DNA of 64,000 nt from Octopus bimaculoides (lineage: Eukaryota). The notes under the pieces are model-generated. The model was not told where the DNA came from and did not search any database. It was given only the letters and a program-made list of their open reading frames with translations. Positions 47,700 to 61,128 of the stretch are shown piece after piece. Both the position numbers and the translations under genes were made by a program. The first letter of the stretch is position 1. The number at the start of each line of letters is the position of its first letter. The DNA lies in assembly GCF_001194135.2 (NCBI RefSeq), contig NC_068987.1:44257750-44321749 (forward strand). The letters are read 5' to 3'.

Positions 47700-48240
47700 G
47701 AAAGTGGTCCAGTTGACGAAATGTTAATGGACAATGACACTACATTGTCAACCAAAATCATCAAGAGTGTTGAAGAAAATGTTGTATAACTGCTTAAAGA
47801 CCGAATGTAAATTGTAATGTAGAAAGGTCATCACAAAACAATTAAAGCCAGAGATGAGAGTAATGGGTGTCTCGCCATTCAAGGTAGTTTTCTGGTTTAA
47901 AATGTCGTCCAAATCAGAACAGATAGACTGAGTCAGTACTGCAAAGAAGTATATTTAAGTATAAGCAGTGGCATCCACAAACTATGTCGGCATCTGCGAA
48001 AGAAATGGATGTTCCTCGAACATTCTGTCTGTAGAAGGAGTTCCCCATCACATCCTACATGTACTATAGATGGGTAAGCTAGTTTATCTAATGAAGTAAA
48101 CAATGAAAGACAAATGTAGGGAGTTCAGATCGAAGGTGACCATCTTTTTGGTTACATAACAATATAGGGAAGTGTCAGTGCAAATAAAACTCAGTTCTAT
48201 TGCTATTGTTATTAGTCGGAAGTTATCTTTAAGATCAGGG
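47700..48240 (+). mobile_element. Old, AT-eroded Gypsy integrase fragment of the 23975-25490 family
   Basis: Reads SGPVDEMLMDN, HHKTIKA, VSPFKVVFWFKMSSKSEQ, SIFKYKQWHP. A tcagggagcaTG PPT/LTR-like junction lies near 48235. Confidence 0.75.
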
Positions 48241-51099
48241 AGCATGTGATGTAAAATAGACTACGATCAATTAGAGAGAGAACAAAAGGATCGGGTGAAC
48301 GGCTGAAGGAGCGAAACGATGCGTTTATTATCTGTCATCTCAGCACAAGGTTACAACAGTTTGGGAGGCCCTGTGCAAGAGTTTTCCTAAGCCAAGGCTT
48401 ATAGATTTCCTGTTTATGTGCATATACGTGTGTCAGTGAAAGTGCTTATGCAAAAGCAGTCGACAAGCAGTGTCAAATGTATAAAAGATTTTTACAACAG
48501 AAGAGAAACAGGTGGCGAAGTTTTTGTTTACCTCAGCCATGATACATCAAACGGTATAAAATATAACAAGTGCTGAAAATATAAATTCATTTAATGTAGC
48601 TAGAACGTGCTATGTAATTGGCTTTCTATCGCATATAACCGTTGGTTTTTTTGATTTACGAGGACAAGAATAACCACATCAAAAGATTCCATACTTTTAA
48701 CATACATATCTAAAAATGTTTATATTTCTGTAGATAAATATAAACTTTTGTTTCATTTATTCAGTAAAATGTATAACTTATCGTTGTAATCTAAATAATT
48801 TCGGTTTAAAATTTCATATATATATGTGTGTGTGTANNNNNNNNNNNNNNNNNNNNNNNNNNNNNNNNNNNNNNNNNNNNNNNNNNNNNNNNNNNNNNNN
48901 NNNNNNNNNNNNNNNNNNNNNNNNNNNNNNNNNNNNNNNNNNNNNNNNNNNNNNNNNNNNNNNNNNNNNNNNNNNNNNNNNNNNNNNNNNNNNNNNNNNN
49001 NNNNNNNNNNNNNNNNNNNNNNNNNNNNNNNNNNNNNNNNNNNNNNNNNNNNNNNNNNNNNNNNNNNNNNNNNNNNNNNNNNNNNNNNNNNNNNNNNNNN
49101 NNNNNNNNNNNNNNNNNNNNNNNNNNNNNNNNNNNNNNNNNNNNNNNNNNNNNNNNNNNNNNNNNNNNNNNNNNNNNNNNNNNNNNNNNNNNNNNNNNNN
49201 NNNNNNNNNNNNNNNNNNNNNNNNNNNNNNNNNNNNNNNNNNNNNNNNNNNNNNNNNNNNNNNNNNNNNNNNNNNNNNNNNNNNNNNNNNNNNNNNNNNN
49301 NNNNNNNNNNNNNNNNNNNNNNNNNNNNNNNNNNNNNNNNNNNNNNNNNNNNNNNNNNNNNNNNNNNNNNNNNNNNNNNNNNNNNNNNNNNNNNNNNNNN
49401 NNNNNNNNNNNNNNNNNNNNNNNNNNNNNNNNNNNNNNNNNNNNNNNNNNNNNNNNNNNNNNNNNNNNNNNNNNNNNNNNNNNNNNNNNNNNNNNNNNNN
49501 NNNNNNNNNNNNNNNNNNNNNNNNNNNNNNNNNNNTATATGTGCATATACATGTATATATGTGTGTAAATATGTGCTCTCATTTATATAGTTATACATAT
49601 ATGTATATACGTATCGCTCTCACTGTGGATATAAGTGTGGGGGCGGGAGTGTCGTGATAAAACCTGTAAACACACTACTCATCAATAGTTGTGTATCTAT
49701 ATTTCACTTCGTTTTCTTTATCCAAAACAGTTGACATTTTATGTCCCTCAAAATATTTTTTACTACACCAATATATAACCTTCTCAACTGGGATATATTT
49801 CTCAGATGAATGCTTTGTTTTTAGTTTACAACTGATTTTACTGTTGTTCTATCACCATAGTGGTAAGCACGCGAGCTGAGGATGTTTTTATTTGTTTATT
49901 TTGCTTCCTTTTGTTGTTGTTAACATCAGAACATATGTATGTCCGCGCGTGTGTATTGGTTGACTTTAGTTGTTTTTGAACTTCTTTATCTTCATTTCAG
50001 TGTTAATATGCTGGTAGGTTTTCGTCACGCAGGCGTTGTTACTCCACTCGTTCCTCCTACTGTGTCATTGGTAGTCTGCCGCCTGAATATAATTTCTGCA
50101 ATCTTAAAACAGATTACAGAAGCTATACAAGCACATGAAGCAGACTACGCCCACATGCTTGATCTGAAGAACGAGTAGGGTAACAAAGTCCCTTACTAAT
50201 GGCAATTATACTCAAAATAAGTAACATAATTTACTAGCGATTTAAACCTTGTCTATATTTTTTGATAAAAGTTGTTACTTAGTACTTTCTTTGTTGTTCT
50301 ATTGTATTTTCCACACTTGTATAGTGGAAATCACTCGGAATTCGACCGCCGATGTCCTGCACATCCTTCTAAATATACTGATTACGTATTTGTTGTCGGT
50401 GAACTGTAATCCGTTTTTCCCAAATAACATACATGCTTGGCCGAGTTACCCCTCATCCACTGCAGGAAATGATATGAATTAATATTTCAAGTGAGCTCGT
50501 AAGATAGTTTTTATTTTAAAATTCGCTACCTTTCTCTTTGTTTTTCTCCCTCCCTCCCTTCCCCTCTCTTGTCCCTCTCCCTCTTCCATTGTCATTTAGT
50601 AGTACTGGATACCATCTTTCGATCAAAATAACTTTCAGCTATTTTGTTTGGGGTTTTCCGATTTGATACGTTGGTCCATATTCTTTAAGCTAGATTGAGC
50701 GGAATATTGAATCTCATGTGTGCTATATATGATCATATTGTACGATTTATATTTTCATCTCGCGTAGCGACGCCCTATCATGTTAAAATTCTTTCTGAGC
50801 TACTGCTTCATATTTAAACCATGATCTACAAGACTTCCAGCCTCTTCAATCTGGTACCATTTGTCCTTACATTCGGTTGTTTGTCTTTTCTCTGATGATT
50901 TTTGTGAAAAGTTTGTTATGGGCTCTGTGATGACCGACTATACAAACTTATTTGTAGGTTATATTAAAGCTACTCCAGAACTGTATGACTGATATGTTGA
51001 TAACTGCATTAGTGTCACTTCCCTCAACAGATATCAATCAAACTTTCACCTCGTTCTCCAACATTTTTCACCGTGCACTGGAATTCAGTTTCAGTGTAT

Positions 51100-52330
51100 T
51101 CCATCCTTTCTAGATATCTCAAAGGACATTCCTGACCACTACGCCTATTCTTTTCTCTAGGAAGAAAGAGTTGTGTATAGTAGTTGGTGCAGTACCTGTG
51201 AATGGAGACAATGTAATTGGCGAGGGGGAGAAAGACGAATGGTTTGTAATTCATTGAGGAGAAATTGTATGAAACTAACCAACTTTGAAAAAAACAGAGG
51301 TTGCAGCAGAGGAAAAGCAGAAAAAGCAGCGAGAGGACGCAGTATGTCTCTTGGCCAATGACTGAAGTGTCTGAGCGAGCGACTTCATGTTAATCAGTCG
51401 AGTGGTTTCTCTTTAGATGCAGTCTAGGATTCATGTCTGTGCTTAGCAACAGAACAGTTCAAGATGTAGGAGCAGTGCACTATTATGAGTCTCACTGAAA
51501 CTTTCTACGGTATCAGTAGTTGTTATTGAGAGGAAGGTGAAGTATCATATGACTTGCTTTTTGTATGCAAGTCAACGGAGCTCACTCTGAAATTTGTTCG
51601 GATGTTCGGCAAAGATTATCCTCGGTGATGGGGATGCCTAACATCCGAGAGTGCAGTGGAGTGTCATGATGTTTTTTTTATATATATATATGTGCCGTGA
51701 CTGTGCCGTTTCGTTTGTAAAGATAACTAAGTTATCACAGCACTAAGCGTGGATGTTCTTGAGAATTCTGTTCGCAGAATTAGTAGAGATTTGGTGTAAG
51801 AACTCAAGATTAACATCACGTGATTTAAAGCTTGGTTGTAAATGCTTAAGGAAGAATGAAGGGTGGTATTATCTACTTAATAAGGGACGTTGTTGATGAC
51901 AGTGAGCAGGAGCATGAGGGTGGGATATAAATCCGAACCTCAGACGCCGTATTAATGAGATTTGACGGGAAGCACCCTATCTGAAAGACGAGAGTGGTAT
52001 GAAGTCAATTGGCAGGCAATTTGTACAGAATACTCGCATTCGCAAGGCAATGGGAAGGTTTGTGGATGCTGAAAGCAACAAAGCATCTTTAACCAGATTT
52101 ATCGTGCAAATGAGTGGCGAGTGACGTAGGAGAGCAGGTCTCCGGTAGACCTGGTTTTGCGAAAGCTGTATTGATGGTCATGAGTGGGAAGTGATGGATT
52201 CAAGATGTGGGGAAAATTTGTTGTTAATGGCTGGCTACATCACTACTAAGATTGAGGAAATGATTGTTATAGGGAGATAGTTGGCAGAGTCAGACGAGTG
52301 GCTCTCCTGCAGAATGTAGCACACTGTAAG
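51100..52330 (-). mobile_element. Degraded Jockey/CR1-group LINE reverse transcriptase
   Basis: Reads SDSANYLPITIISS, HLES, SFRKTRSTGDLLSYVT, a decayed YADD region (VDNTTLHSS) and LQSLAKRH. Confidence 0.7.
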
Positions 52331-52499
52331 ATATTTCCAAAAACTCGAAGTCAACCAATAAAGAGGGTATAGAGAGGGTGAATGTTTGTTAGCGATAGGA
52401 GCTAGAGGCTAGCTCAAAAGTGCATTATTTGAAGCAATAGAAGAAAACTTGTCAGAGACGGTAGCTGTGTTCGTTTCAAGCGATCGGACAAGTTTTCAC

Positions 52500-53118
52500 A
52501 GTTGATGTGTGAATGTGTATATGTGTATGTACACATGCGTGTGTGTATGTGTGTACGTGTGTGTGTGTGTGTGTGTGTATGTGTGTGTGTGTGTGTGCAT
52601 GCGTGTGTGTATATGTTTGAGTGTGTGCGTGTGTGTATGGATGTGTGGGTGTGTGTATCGGTATGCATGCACCAATATACACGCATATCCAGGTATGAAT
52701 CTATGGCAGCGTCTATAAATGTATTTGCATATGTATGTATAAATCTATATACCTATGTGCCTATATCTATGTATTAGTTTGTCTATGCATAGGAGATGTA
52801 TATATACTTGTGTAAATTAGTGTAAAAGTATATATTACGTCTGAATTAATGGATATATTGAGCAGGTAAGGTTAGCATTTACAACTGAACTGAGCGCATG
52901 TGTGTTTGTGGGTAGGTGGATGTGTGGGTGCGTTCGTGCGCGTGTGTGTGTCTGTGTGCGTGTGTGTGTGTGTGTATCTGTGTATGTGTGTGTGTGTAGA
53001 TGCTTATACTATGTGCTAACAAATTCATAAACATTGTGCAAGGTAAGGCAGTGTTTCAATTCTTTCTGGTAAAATACATATACATCTGTGAATATATGTG
53101 TAAACATGCATACGCATG

Positions 53119-53180
<62 letters not shown>

Positions 53181-53263
53181 GATAGATATGTGTGTGTGTG
53201 TCTATGTATGTTCATATATATACACATATATATATATATATATACACACACATATATATACAT

Positions 53264-53340
<77 letters not shown>
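52500..53340. repeat. Microsatellite cluster (TG)n, (GATA)n, (CA)n, (TA)n
   Basis: Read directly from the sequence. Confidence 0.95.
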
Positions 53341-53758
53341 NNNNNNNNNNNNNNNNNNNNNNNNNNNNNNNNNNNNNNNNNNNNNNNNNNNNNNNNNNNN
53401 NNNNNNNNNNNNNNNNNNNNNNNNNNNNNNNNNNNNNNNNNNNNNNNNNNNNNNNNNNNNNNNNNNNNNNNNNNNNNNNNNNNNNNNNNNNNNNNNNNNN
53501 NNNNNNNNNNNNNNNNNNNNNNNNNNNNNNNNNNNNNNNNNNNNNNNNNNNNNNNNNNNNNNNNNNNNNNNNNNNNNNNNNNNNNNNNNNNNNNNNNNNN
53601 NNNNNNNNNNNNNNNNNNNNNNNNNNNNNNNNNNNNNNNNNNNNNATATATACGCACACATTGTTTTGTGCTGCTTTTTTCTCTTCTATTATATAACAAG
53701 CTAAAATAGCACATTCTTAAAGAATCTCTGAATAAGTGGGTATATAATAAATATATGT

Positions 53759-55245
53759 GGCATCTGTTGCGGTCCCTGCATGAACATTCTGCCTCTTCCT
53801 GTGGCTTAGCGGCGCTAACTAAGATGCTCTTAATATTTGGGGCACAGCTAAACGAGACACTAACGTTGTGCCTGTTGAAAATGGTCCTGTACCTATGGGA
53901 GTTAGTGAAATACTAATCTTTTAATTTAAGGAAAATTCTAGCCACAGGCGTTTTTGTGTTTAGAGAGAAGGGGTAGCAAACCAAATGGTATTTCTGCTGT
54001 GCTTCTTTCTGTAGTTGTTGGGTTCTGGCATGTAGATGTGGTCTCTAAATCCGCTGGCAGATAGGCCCTCGTTATAGTACAGGGCCGCTGCGTCGAAAAT
54101 CTCTTGGTTGGAAGAAAGGTTCGTGATCCTCTTACTAACACCCTTTACCAGGTTTTTGAACACGATGGGTGAGTGGCAAGAGTCTGTGTTGATGTATGCT
54201 AGCCTCTCGTTTGGTTTTGCGGTAGGGCCTGTACGTACACGAGACCAAGTCCAGCGAGACGTCTGTTGAAGTCCGCTGTTGTGAAGTTGGTTTCTATGAT
54301 GATTTTCGATCCCATGGAGGCAAGTGTGCTAATTACATCTTTGCTAAGCCTGTCTAGTGTATGCCCGCTTGCTCCCCTGAGCTGGCCAGGGCGTCATCTC
54401 TGTAGAGGCTAAAGAGGACAGAGGGGAACTTTTTCCTAAGGGTATCAAAGATATACAACCCATGTCGAACTTTTGTAGAACAGCACTGGCTTTCTGGCAT
54501 GCATAATGACTTTTATATATTTGTCGCTAATGTTAGTGAAGCCCCTAGCGAAAGAAAGCACCTTGGCCAATAGTCCTTTTGATATAGACGGGTAAAAGGC
54601 GACTATATCAAACTGGGTGAACCTTGCTCTGCCTCTTCCCTTGTTGGTGTTAAACCATGCGGTCACTTCGTTGGTGTTGCGCCACAAGGAAAGATTGGTG
54701 GCCTTCCTTATGTCATTATTGATATCTCTCAATATGTGCTTGCTCGCCAGAGCGATCTTGGATTTGGCGGGATTGATTAGGCGGCATTTAGGATTTGAGG
54801 CAAAGTTCGGTTTATGATCTTTTATGGTAATGAAGGCGTTTCTTTTAGCTACGATCTCTACCCTATCTGCTATCTCTATTTCTTTAGCTTTTTTTTTTTT
54901 GGCTTCACTGTTGATGTCATTATATGTGTGTGGGAAAGGGAGCCTATAATTTTGTTTGATATTGTTTTCTAGTAGTCGATCGTAATCTAGGGTGTTTATC
55001 CAATATAAGGTTTTCGTCTTCTCAGAGAAGATTAGGGATCTATCTGAGTTTTTTAGCAATCTAATGTCGACCCGGAGCTTATGTTGGAAGGAGGAAGAGG
55101 ACTTACGGAATTTCAGCTTGGAAATGATGCCCAGTAGCTCCGCCTCGAAGGGTTCAAGGTCCTTGATTTTGGGTGGGTGTTTCTTCGATCTGATTCCATA
55201 GTTGTTGCCCTCCGGGGATGGTGCATTTAGGTCGTGGTAGAATGT
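53759..55245 (-). mobile_element. PLE RT and linker (Hydra-clade-like), truncated at the CxC motif
   Basis: Reads KDLEPFE..FITIKDHKPNF..KCRLINPAKS..WRNTNEVTAWF..FDIVAFYPSI, LYRDD, YRPYRKPN, RNTIWF..IFNRHNVSVSFSCAPNI, CSCRDRNRC. The segment between motifs A and B is partly deleted. Confidence 0.93.
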
Positions 55246-55246
55246 T

Positions 55247-55350
55247 ACGACGGGCTTCTTTCGGTTTCTGTCTACCAAATCCACTCATAAGGCTTTGGTC
55301 GGCTCGAGGCCATAGTAAAAGATATTTGCTCAAGGTGCCATCAGTGGAAC
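55247..55350 (-). mobile_element. SINE 3' fragment (33764/43201 family)
   Basis: cgacgggcttctttcggtttctgtctaccaaatccactcataaggctttggtcgg. Confidence 0.88.
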
Positions 55351-55457
55351 TGAATATATATATGCATATGTTAATATACATAATCACATATACATACTCA
55401 TATATATGCATATACACACAAATATACATGTATATACTTACACGTATATGGATACAT

Positions 55458-55520
<63 letters not shown>

Positions 55521-56779
55521 CAGTGAGAGAAGAAAGAAAGAGTGAGAAAGGCAGCCTGAAATTAATAGTTAATATCTAGGAAGTCGTTCAAGCAATCTAT
55601 GAACATATTCAATACATACAAATATATATGATTTGAAATGTTTTAACATTGTATATATGTATGTTTTTTTGATTGATATCAATANNNNNNNNNNNNNNNN
55701 NNNNNNNNNNNNNNNNNNNNNNNNNNNNNNNNNNNNNNNNNNNNNNNNNNNNNNNNNNNNNNNNNNNNNNNNNNNNNNNNNNNNNNNNNNNNNNNNNNNN
55801 NNNNNNNNNNNNNNNNNNNNNNNNNNNNNNNNNNNNNNNNNNNNNNNNNNNNNNNNNNNNNNNNNNNNNNNNNNNNNNNNNNNNNNNNNNNNNNNNNNNN
55901 NNNNNNNNNNNNNNNNNNNNNNNNNNNNNNNNNNNNNNNNNNNNNNNNNNNNNNNNNNNNNNNNNNNNNNNNNNNNNNNNNNNNNNNNNNNNNNNNNNNN
56001 NNNNNNNNNNNNNNNNNNNNNNNNNNNNNNNNNNNNNNNNNNNNNNNNNNNNNNNNNNNNNNNNNNNNNNNNNNNNNNNNNNNNNNNNNNNNNNNNNNNN
56101 NNNNNNNNNNNNNNNNNNNNNNNNNNNNNNNNNNNNNNNNNNNNNNNNNNNNNNNNNNNNNNNNNNNNNNNNNNNNNNNNNNNNATATATATATATGATT
56201 ACAGTATGTTCATAGTATTTGATCGGATTGTTTGTCCTTCCAGAGATTCTTGGGAGCCAAATGGTAACCGAAAAGTTGCAATTAAGCTTTTTATTGTGTT
56301 ACTATTTTTTTATTTCAAGTGAACAGCCATTTGTACATTCACTATCCAGTGTACAGTACTCAGGATATTATACTTATTTACAAATAAATTCTAGCTTTGC
56401 AAAGTTTCAAATGCAGGCACGTGCCGTTATTAATTACTCAGAGTAGGTAGCTGGTGACCTTTATGCAGTAAAACACACAAAATAAGTGAAACACGGGCGC
56501 GCGACTGAGTTGAAGGCAGATCTACTTCTGCCTTCATAACACGTAAAGAAATCGGTGTTGTAGAAGTTACGCAGCACATGTACCACAGCAGTACTATGCG
56601 TAGTTTAAATACTGAGACTGAAAAGCAGGGGTGAGTTATGCCTACCTAATCTACAAAAAAAAATAAAACATTTGCCTTTTATGTATAGTAATCAGACTTA
56701 CCTTCATTTTATTGAATTAGGTGCATATTTTGCCATGAGAGGAAAATGTTGCTATCTATCTATTTTATTCAAGGTAGGC

Positions 56780-57720
56780 ACTGCCTACCTAGGTAGCATG
56801 CAAAATTGTTTCCCACGAGAGTTCCGGACCCCAGTAATGAACATATTTGCATACAGCCAATCAGAGCTCACATTGACCTTATTGTCAAGTTAACAAAGGT
56901 TGGCACTCAAAATGGAGACCTCCGATTGTCATGCGAATCTTGTATTGAACAACACAAAAGATGAACCGCATTGTGCTGACCGTGACGACGACAGCGTGGA
57001 GTCGAACGATCAGAAAAATGAAAATGACGGAGCTGACTGCGAGGATATGGCGATTTCTAACAGTGAACACGATGATGTGACAAATCCATGGCTAGAAAGT
57101 TTACACTTGCAATGCTCTCTTCAAAACTAATTTGATACGCGGCAAAATTTTGATATACACGGTTGCACATTAAATCAAATACTGAGGATGGAAGTAACCC
57201 AATAATCAATGGGCTAAACAAAGCTTTGCTTGCTTTACAACAAAGTTATGTTCAAGACAAAGAATTCCTTGAGGGACCAATGAAAAATTCACCAAGCAAC
57301 TTCTGGAACTAACTTCTGGGACACATACTGCGTTAGCTTCCGCGCTTCACTGCTTTGGTCGGAACTCTGGTATGACACATACTCTTGGCAAGAAAACCGA
57401 AAATCTCTAGTAATAGTGCGAAATTTTTTTTCCCCACAAACGAAAATCTCTAGTCAGTATGAATACAATTGGTGTGCAACCAACTGCAGCATCCAGGAGA
57501 AAGATGGTTGGTGGTGGCAGAAACCGTATTGGTACTGGCGGACCATTGAAGGATTGTTTGAAAAGTGTGAAAAGAAAGGTGCCGTTCAGCTCTCAGATTA
57601 TGCCTAGACGCAAAGCCCAACATAACATTCGCGAATGTGTTAAAAACAAACAATCTCTTGGTAAAACACTCTGCCAAGTAAACTCAAGACGAAGAACGGT
57701 GTTGTAAGTCGACCGATCGC
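56780..57720 (+). mobile_element. Probable internally deleted DNA transposon (Mutator/SWIM-type C-terminus) with promoter-like motifs
   Basis: IGVQPTAASRRK..GG..GGP..MPRRKAQHNIRECVKNKQSLGK resembles C-termini I recall from invertebrate MULE-type transposases. ATTTGCAT and AGCCAATCAG lie at 56845-56864, with an ATG at 56912. Confidence 0.4.
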
Positions 57721-57732
57721 CAAGTTATACCT

Positions 57733-57862
57733 GCTGTTGTTGTTGTTGCTGCTGCTGTTGTTGTCGTCGTCGTCGTCGATGATGATGATGATGATAGTGA
57801 TGATGATGATGATGATGATGATGTCGGTGTTGTTGTTGTTGTTGTTCATCCTCATCATCATT
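57733..57862. repeat. Compound trinucleotide microsatellite (GTT)(GCT)(GTC)(GAT)
   Basis: Read directly from the sequence. Confidence 0.95.
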
Positions 57863-58329
57863 GTTTAACGTCATGATTGGCATGAATTCGAGAGTTCAAC
57901 AGGATCCGACAGACCCAAGGACTGCATCGTGCTTCAATGTCTGCTTTGGCATAGTTTCTACAGCTGGATGTCCTTCTTAACGTCAGCCCCTTTATAGCAT
58001 GTTCTAGATGCTTGTAGTAGCATTAAATAAATCTCCATGCAGCTTGCAAGACTGCAATGAGGAGGCTTTATTCAAGAAGATGACGAGGTTACAAAATGAG
58101 AAAAGAGGCCAGCGGGGAACTTGCTTCTTGCTGTGGATGTGCTATATGACTACTCACATTTTAGAGAAGTGAGTGCAGTTGTTTAATTGTAGGTTAATCG
58201 TAATCAAAAAGACCTGTGACAAAAGATCGTATTTATCCCGTCTTTGGGTGATATTTTGTGCTTTTGCTTCTTTCAATCATTTGATGGCAGACCTGCTGGG
58301 ACACTGCCATGAAGGAATTGGTTGAGAGG

Positions 58330-58980
58330 AGAATTAGTACTAATTTCTTTTACCATGAGTACCACATACGAGTAAATAAATGCCTTTGTAATTTCAAAAA
58401 CAAAATTATCTGTCCTTTGGAAAATCAGTGTTTAAAGAAAAGTATAATGCAGTGGTTCCCAAACTTTTCACAATCAAGGACCCCTTTTATTTAAATGAGT
58501 TTTCCCATGGATCCCAGGATATTCAAGGGTCTGTCAGCTTAACATGTTCACGGACCCCCAGTACTACCTTTGTGGACTACTAGGGGTCCGCAGACCACAG
58601 GTTGGAAACCACTGGTTTATTGTATCAATGTATGGTCATTACAGGGGGTCGTACGTATTATTACACAAGTTCTTCTGTTACAATTTGGAAATCTAGATTA
58701 CATAACCATTCTTCTTTATTTAAGTTTAGAAGAAAATATAATTCTACGAATCTTAGTAAACACATTTGGGACTTAAAAGGCAGGAACATTACCTATGATA
58801 AAAAAAAGTAGTCAATTATTAGCTATGTACCATCGTACAATTCAGATAATTTTAAAGGTAATCTTTGTTTTGAGGAAATGCATTATATAATTACTTCTAC
58901 ATTAGAATTCTTAAATTGTAGAAATAATTTTACATTGAAATGTTGTCATAAATACGAACATTTTAATATTTCAGTCGTAA
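58330..58980 (+). mobile_element. PLE GIY-YIG endonuclease (Hydra-clade-like) split by a MITE
   Basis: Reads CNFKNKIICPLENQCLKKSI | YQCMV..YYT..WKSRLHNH..STNLSKHIWDLK..NLCFEE..LNCR..KCCH. Confidence 0.88.
58450..58614. mobile_element. hAT-type MITE
   Basis: TIRs cagtggttcccaa and ttggaaaccactg. 8-bp TSD gtataatg/gtttattg (6 of 8 match). Confidence 0.9.
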
Positions 58981-59612
58981 ATAACCTATTAATTATAATT
59001 GCTTTTCTTATAATCTAATATGCATAATTGTTCTAAAAAATGTTTCAACATACTAAATAGATAGATAACTAATTGTCATGACGTAGAAGTTCTGTTTAAT
59101 TTTTTTTTTTTTTCGTTATCTACGACGTCATCAAAGGTTAAATGCTAAACTAGCTTTCCTTTTCTTTCTGTATACGTTCATCTATTGCACATATTTTCTT
59201 AGTTCACTTTGAATTTGGTCCATTTTTTTTTTATAGCGTTGTGTTAGCGTATATTTTCGGATATTAATTTGATTGGTATTTTATTACTTTTTTTGTATAT
59301 CTAAATATCCTGCACAATAGAAACGATCGTTGGTAATATACGGAGTAATCATCAAAGATGTGATTTTCTCCATTCTTATTCGTGTTGCATATATATATAT
59401 AGTTATTAGTGAAGAATTGTCAACTCGGGAAAAATACATGATAATCTCACTGTTAGTACACCAAGCTAACGATTTGGCTTAGATTAGTAAATAACTTCGT
59501 ATTATTATGGCAGGGTCCGAGATTATAGTTCATCACTATTCTATATTGCAAACCCATGACTGTGTTCCAATTATACTGATTTTTACACAGAGTGATTTAT
59601 GCCTTGTCTTGC

Positions 59613-59653
<41 letters not shown>

Positions 59654-59959
59654 TGTGTGTGTGTGTGTAGTCAGTGCTATCTTAAGGGGGCGTCACGGGT
59701 CTAAGGGCTCAATTATGATCTTTATATTGTGACTTATTGTCAATTAATAAATACTATAGGATGCTAAGATGGCCCTGATTCCATTGGCATAACAGCTTAG
59801 GCTCAAAATAGACAAATCACTTTTAAACATTTTGATTGGCTACAATCTATTCTTGGTGCAATTTGTTACTAGAGTATTCTCGGATATCACAGAAACCATT
59901 ACTTTATAGTCACATGATTGATTTCAACCAATTAAAATATTCAGTTTCGTATGAAATGT

Positions 59960-60560
59960 TCATCCTTCTGGAATTGATTTTCTGTGGGAGATAAGCAGAT
60001 GAAGAATTCTTCGGTTAAACTAGTTCCTTTCATTTGCAACCTACCACAGCTGCATGGGATGGAGTACACAGTCTTTGGTCATATTCTCTTCTATTTGTGG
60101 TTTTACCCGAAGGAGATATTTGCGAAGTGTTGTATTACTCTTGAATACTGTCCTGATGTCACATGGGCCGCATATCTTTTGTATCTTTTCGGAGAGGCCT
60201 TTCACATAGGGTAGACAGACTGTGGACAGTTTATTGGCCTCATCCTCTCTCTTCTTCATAATTGGAGTGGATAGCATACTTTTGAGGTAGTTGTTGCTTA
60301 ACAGATCGTTATTGAGCTTGATCATTTCTTCGCGGTGTTTATCACGATCGCTACTTATATTCTTTGCACGATGTTTTAGGCACTGAGCAATCCCTCTCTT
60401 TACTCTGTATGGATAGTGGGAATTGAAGTTGAGGTATCGTCCAGTAAAGGCTGGCTTGCGGTATACGGATGTCTTGAATCCATACTTGGTGCGTGTTATT
60501 AATACGTCCAGGAATGCCAGCTGGTTGTCCTTTTCCTTTTCCATTGTGAACTGTATACCT
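59960..60560 (-). mobile_element. PLE, Penelope/Poseidon type: RT thumb, linker and start of GIY-YIG
   Basis: Reads MEKEKDNQLAFLDVLI..VYRKPAFTGRYLNFNSHYP..KRGIAQCL..CLPYVKGLSEKI, then (frameshifted) YSIPCSCG. Confidence 0.92.
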
Positions 60561-60719
60561 GAAGTATACCTGAGGTAAAAGAACAGCTAAAGCAAAACAT
60601 CCTCGCCAAAACACAAAGAATCCGCACATATTAGAAATGTCAACGATTTTTGAACAAATTGAACAAATTGAAAGTAGAAATGGCAAGACTGCATGGAATG
60701 TGAAAGCGTAATGTAAAAG

Positions 60720-60922
60720 AGAGCGTTGGGCTCAATCCCATTGAAACTTCAAGACTTCTTAAGGCAACTAGAAATCCCATGCAAGATTGATGTCTTGCAA
60801 AAGGCAGCCTTATTGGGCACAGCGCGCATCTTAAGGAAAGTATTATCTGTCTGAGGTTCTTGTTGTGACTTGACAGATGACTAAAGAGTCCGGTGCATTT
60901 TTACCTACACTGTGTTTAGAAG
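60720..60922 (+). mobile_element. R4/Dong-clade extreme 3' end
   Basis: Reads LGSIP..LQKAALLGTARILRKVLSV*, followed by a 3'UTR and (AAT)n at 60923-61011. Confidence 0.88.
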
Positions 60923-60930
60923 GAATAATA

Positions 60931-61011
<81 letters not shown>

Positions 61012-61012
<1 letters not shown>

Positions 61013-61128
61013 ACACTTTCAATACAGTAACCATAAGAGCACCACAGCAAACCAAAGCACATACCCAAGGCGCACAGAGCTGCGCTCGGTAGTGAAGTGA
61101 AAGCACGTTATAAAAATAAAACTACTGA
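61012..61128 (+). mobile_element. R4/Dong-clade 3'UTR stub (same family as 23050-23973), between (AAT)n tracts
   Basis: Near-identical to about 23860-23973. Confidence 0.9.

Noticed and set aside
54445-55284. ORF-track start MDLVDRNRKKP as the PLE initiation codon
   Set aside because: The first 40 or so bases are SINE sequence, so the ORF is a chance fusion.
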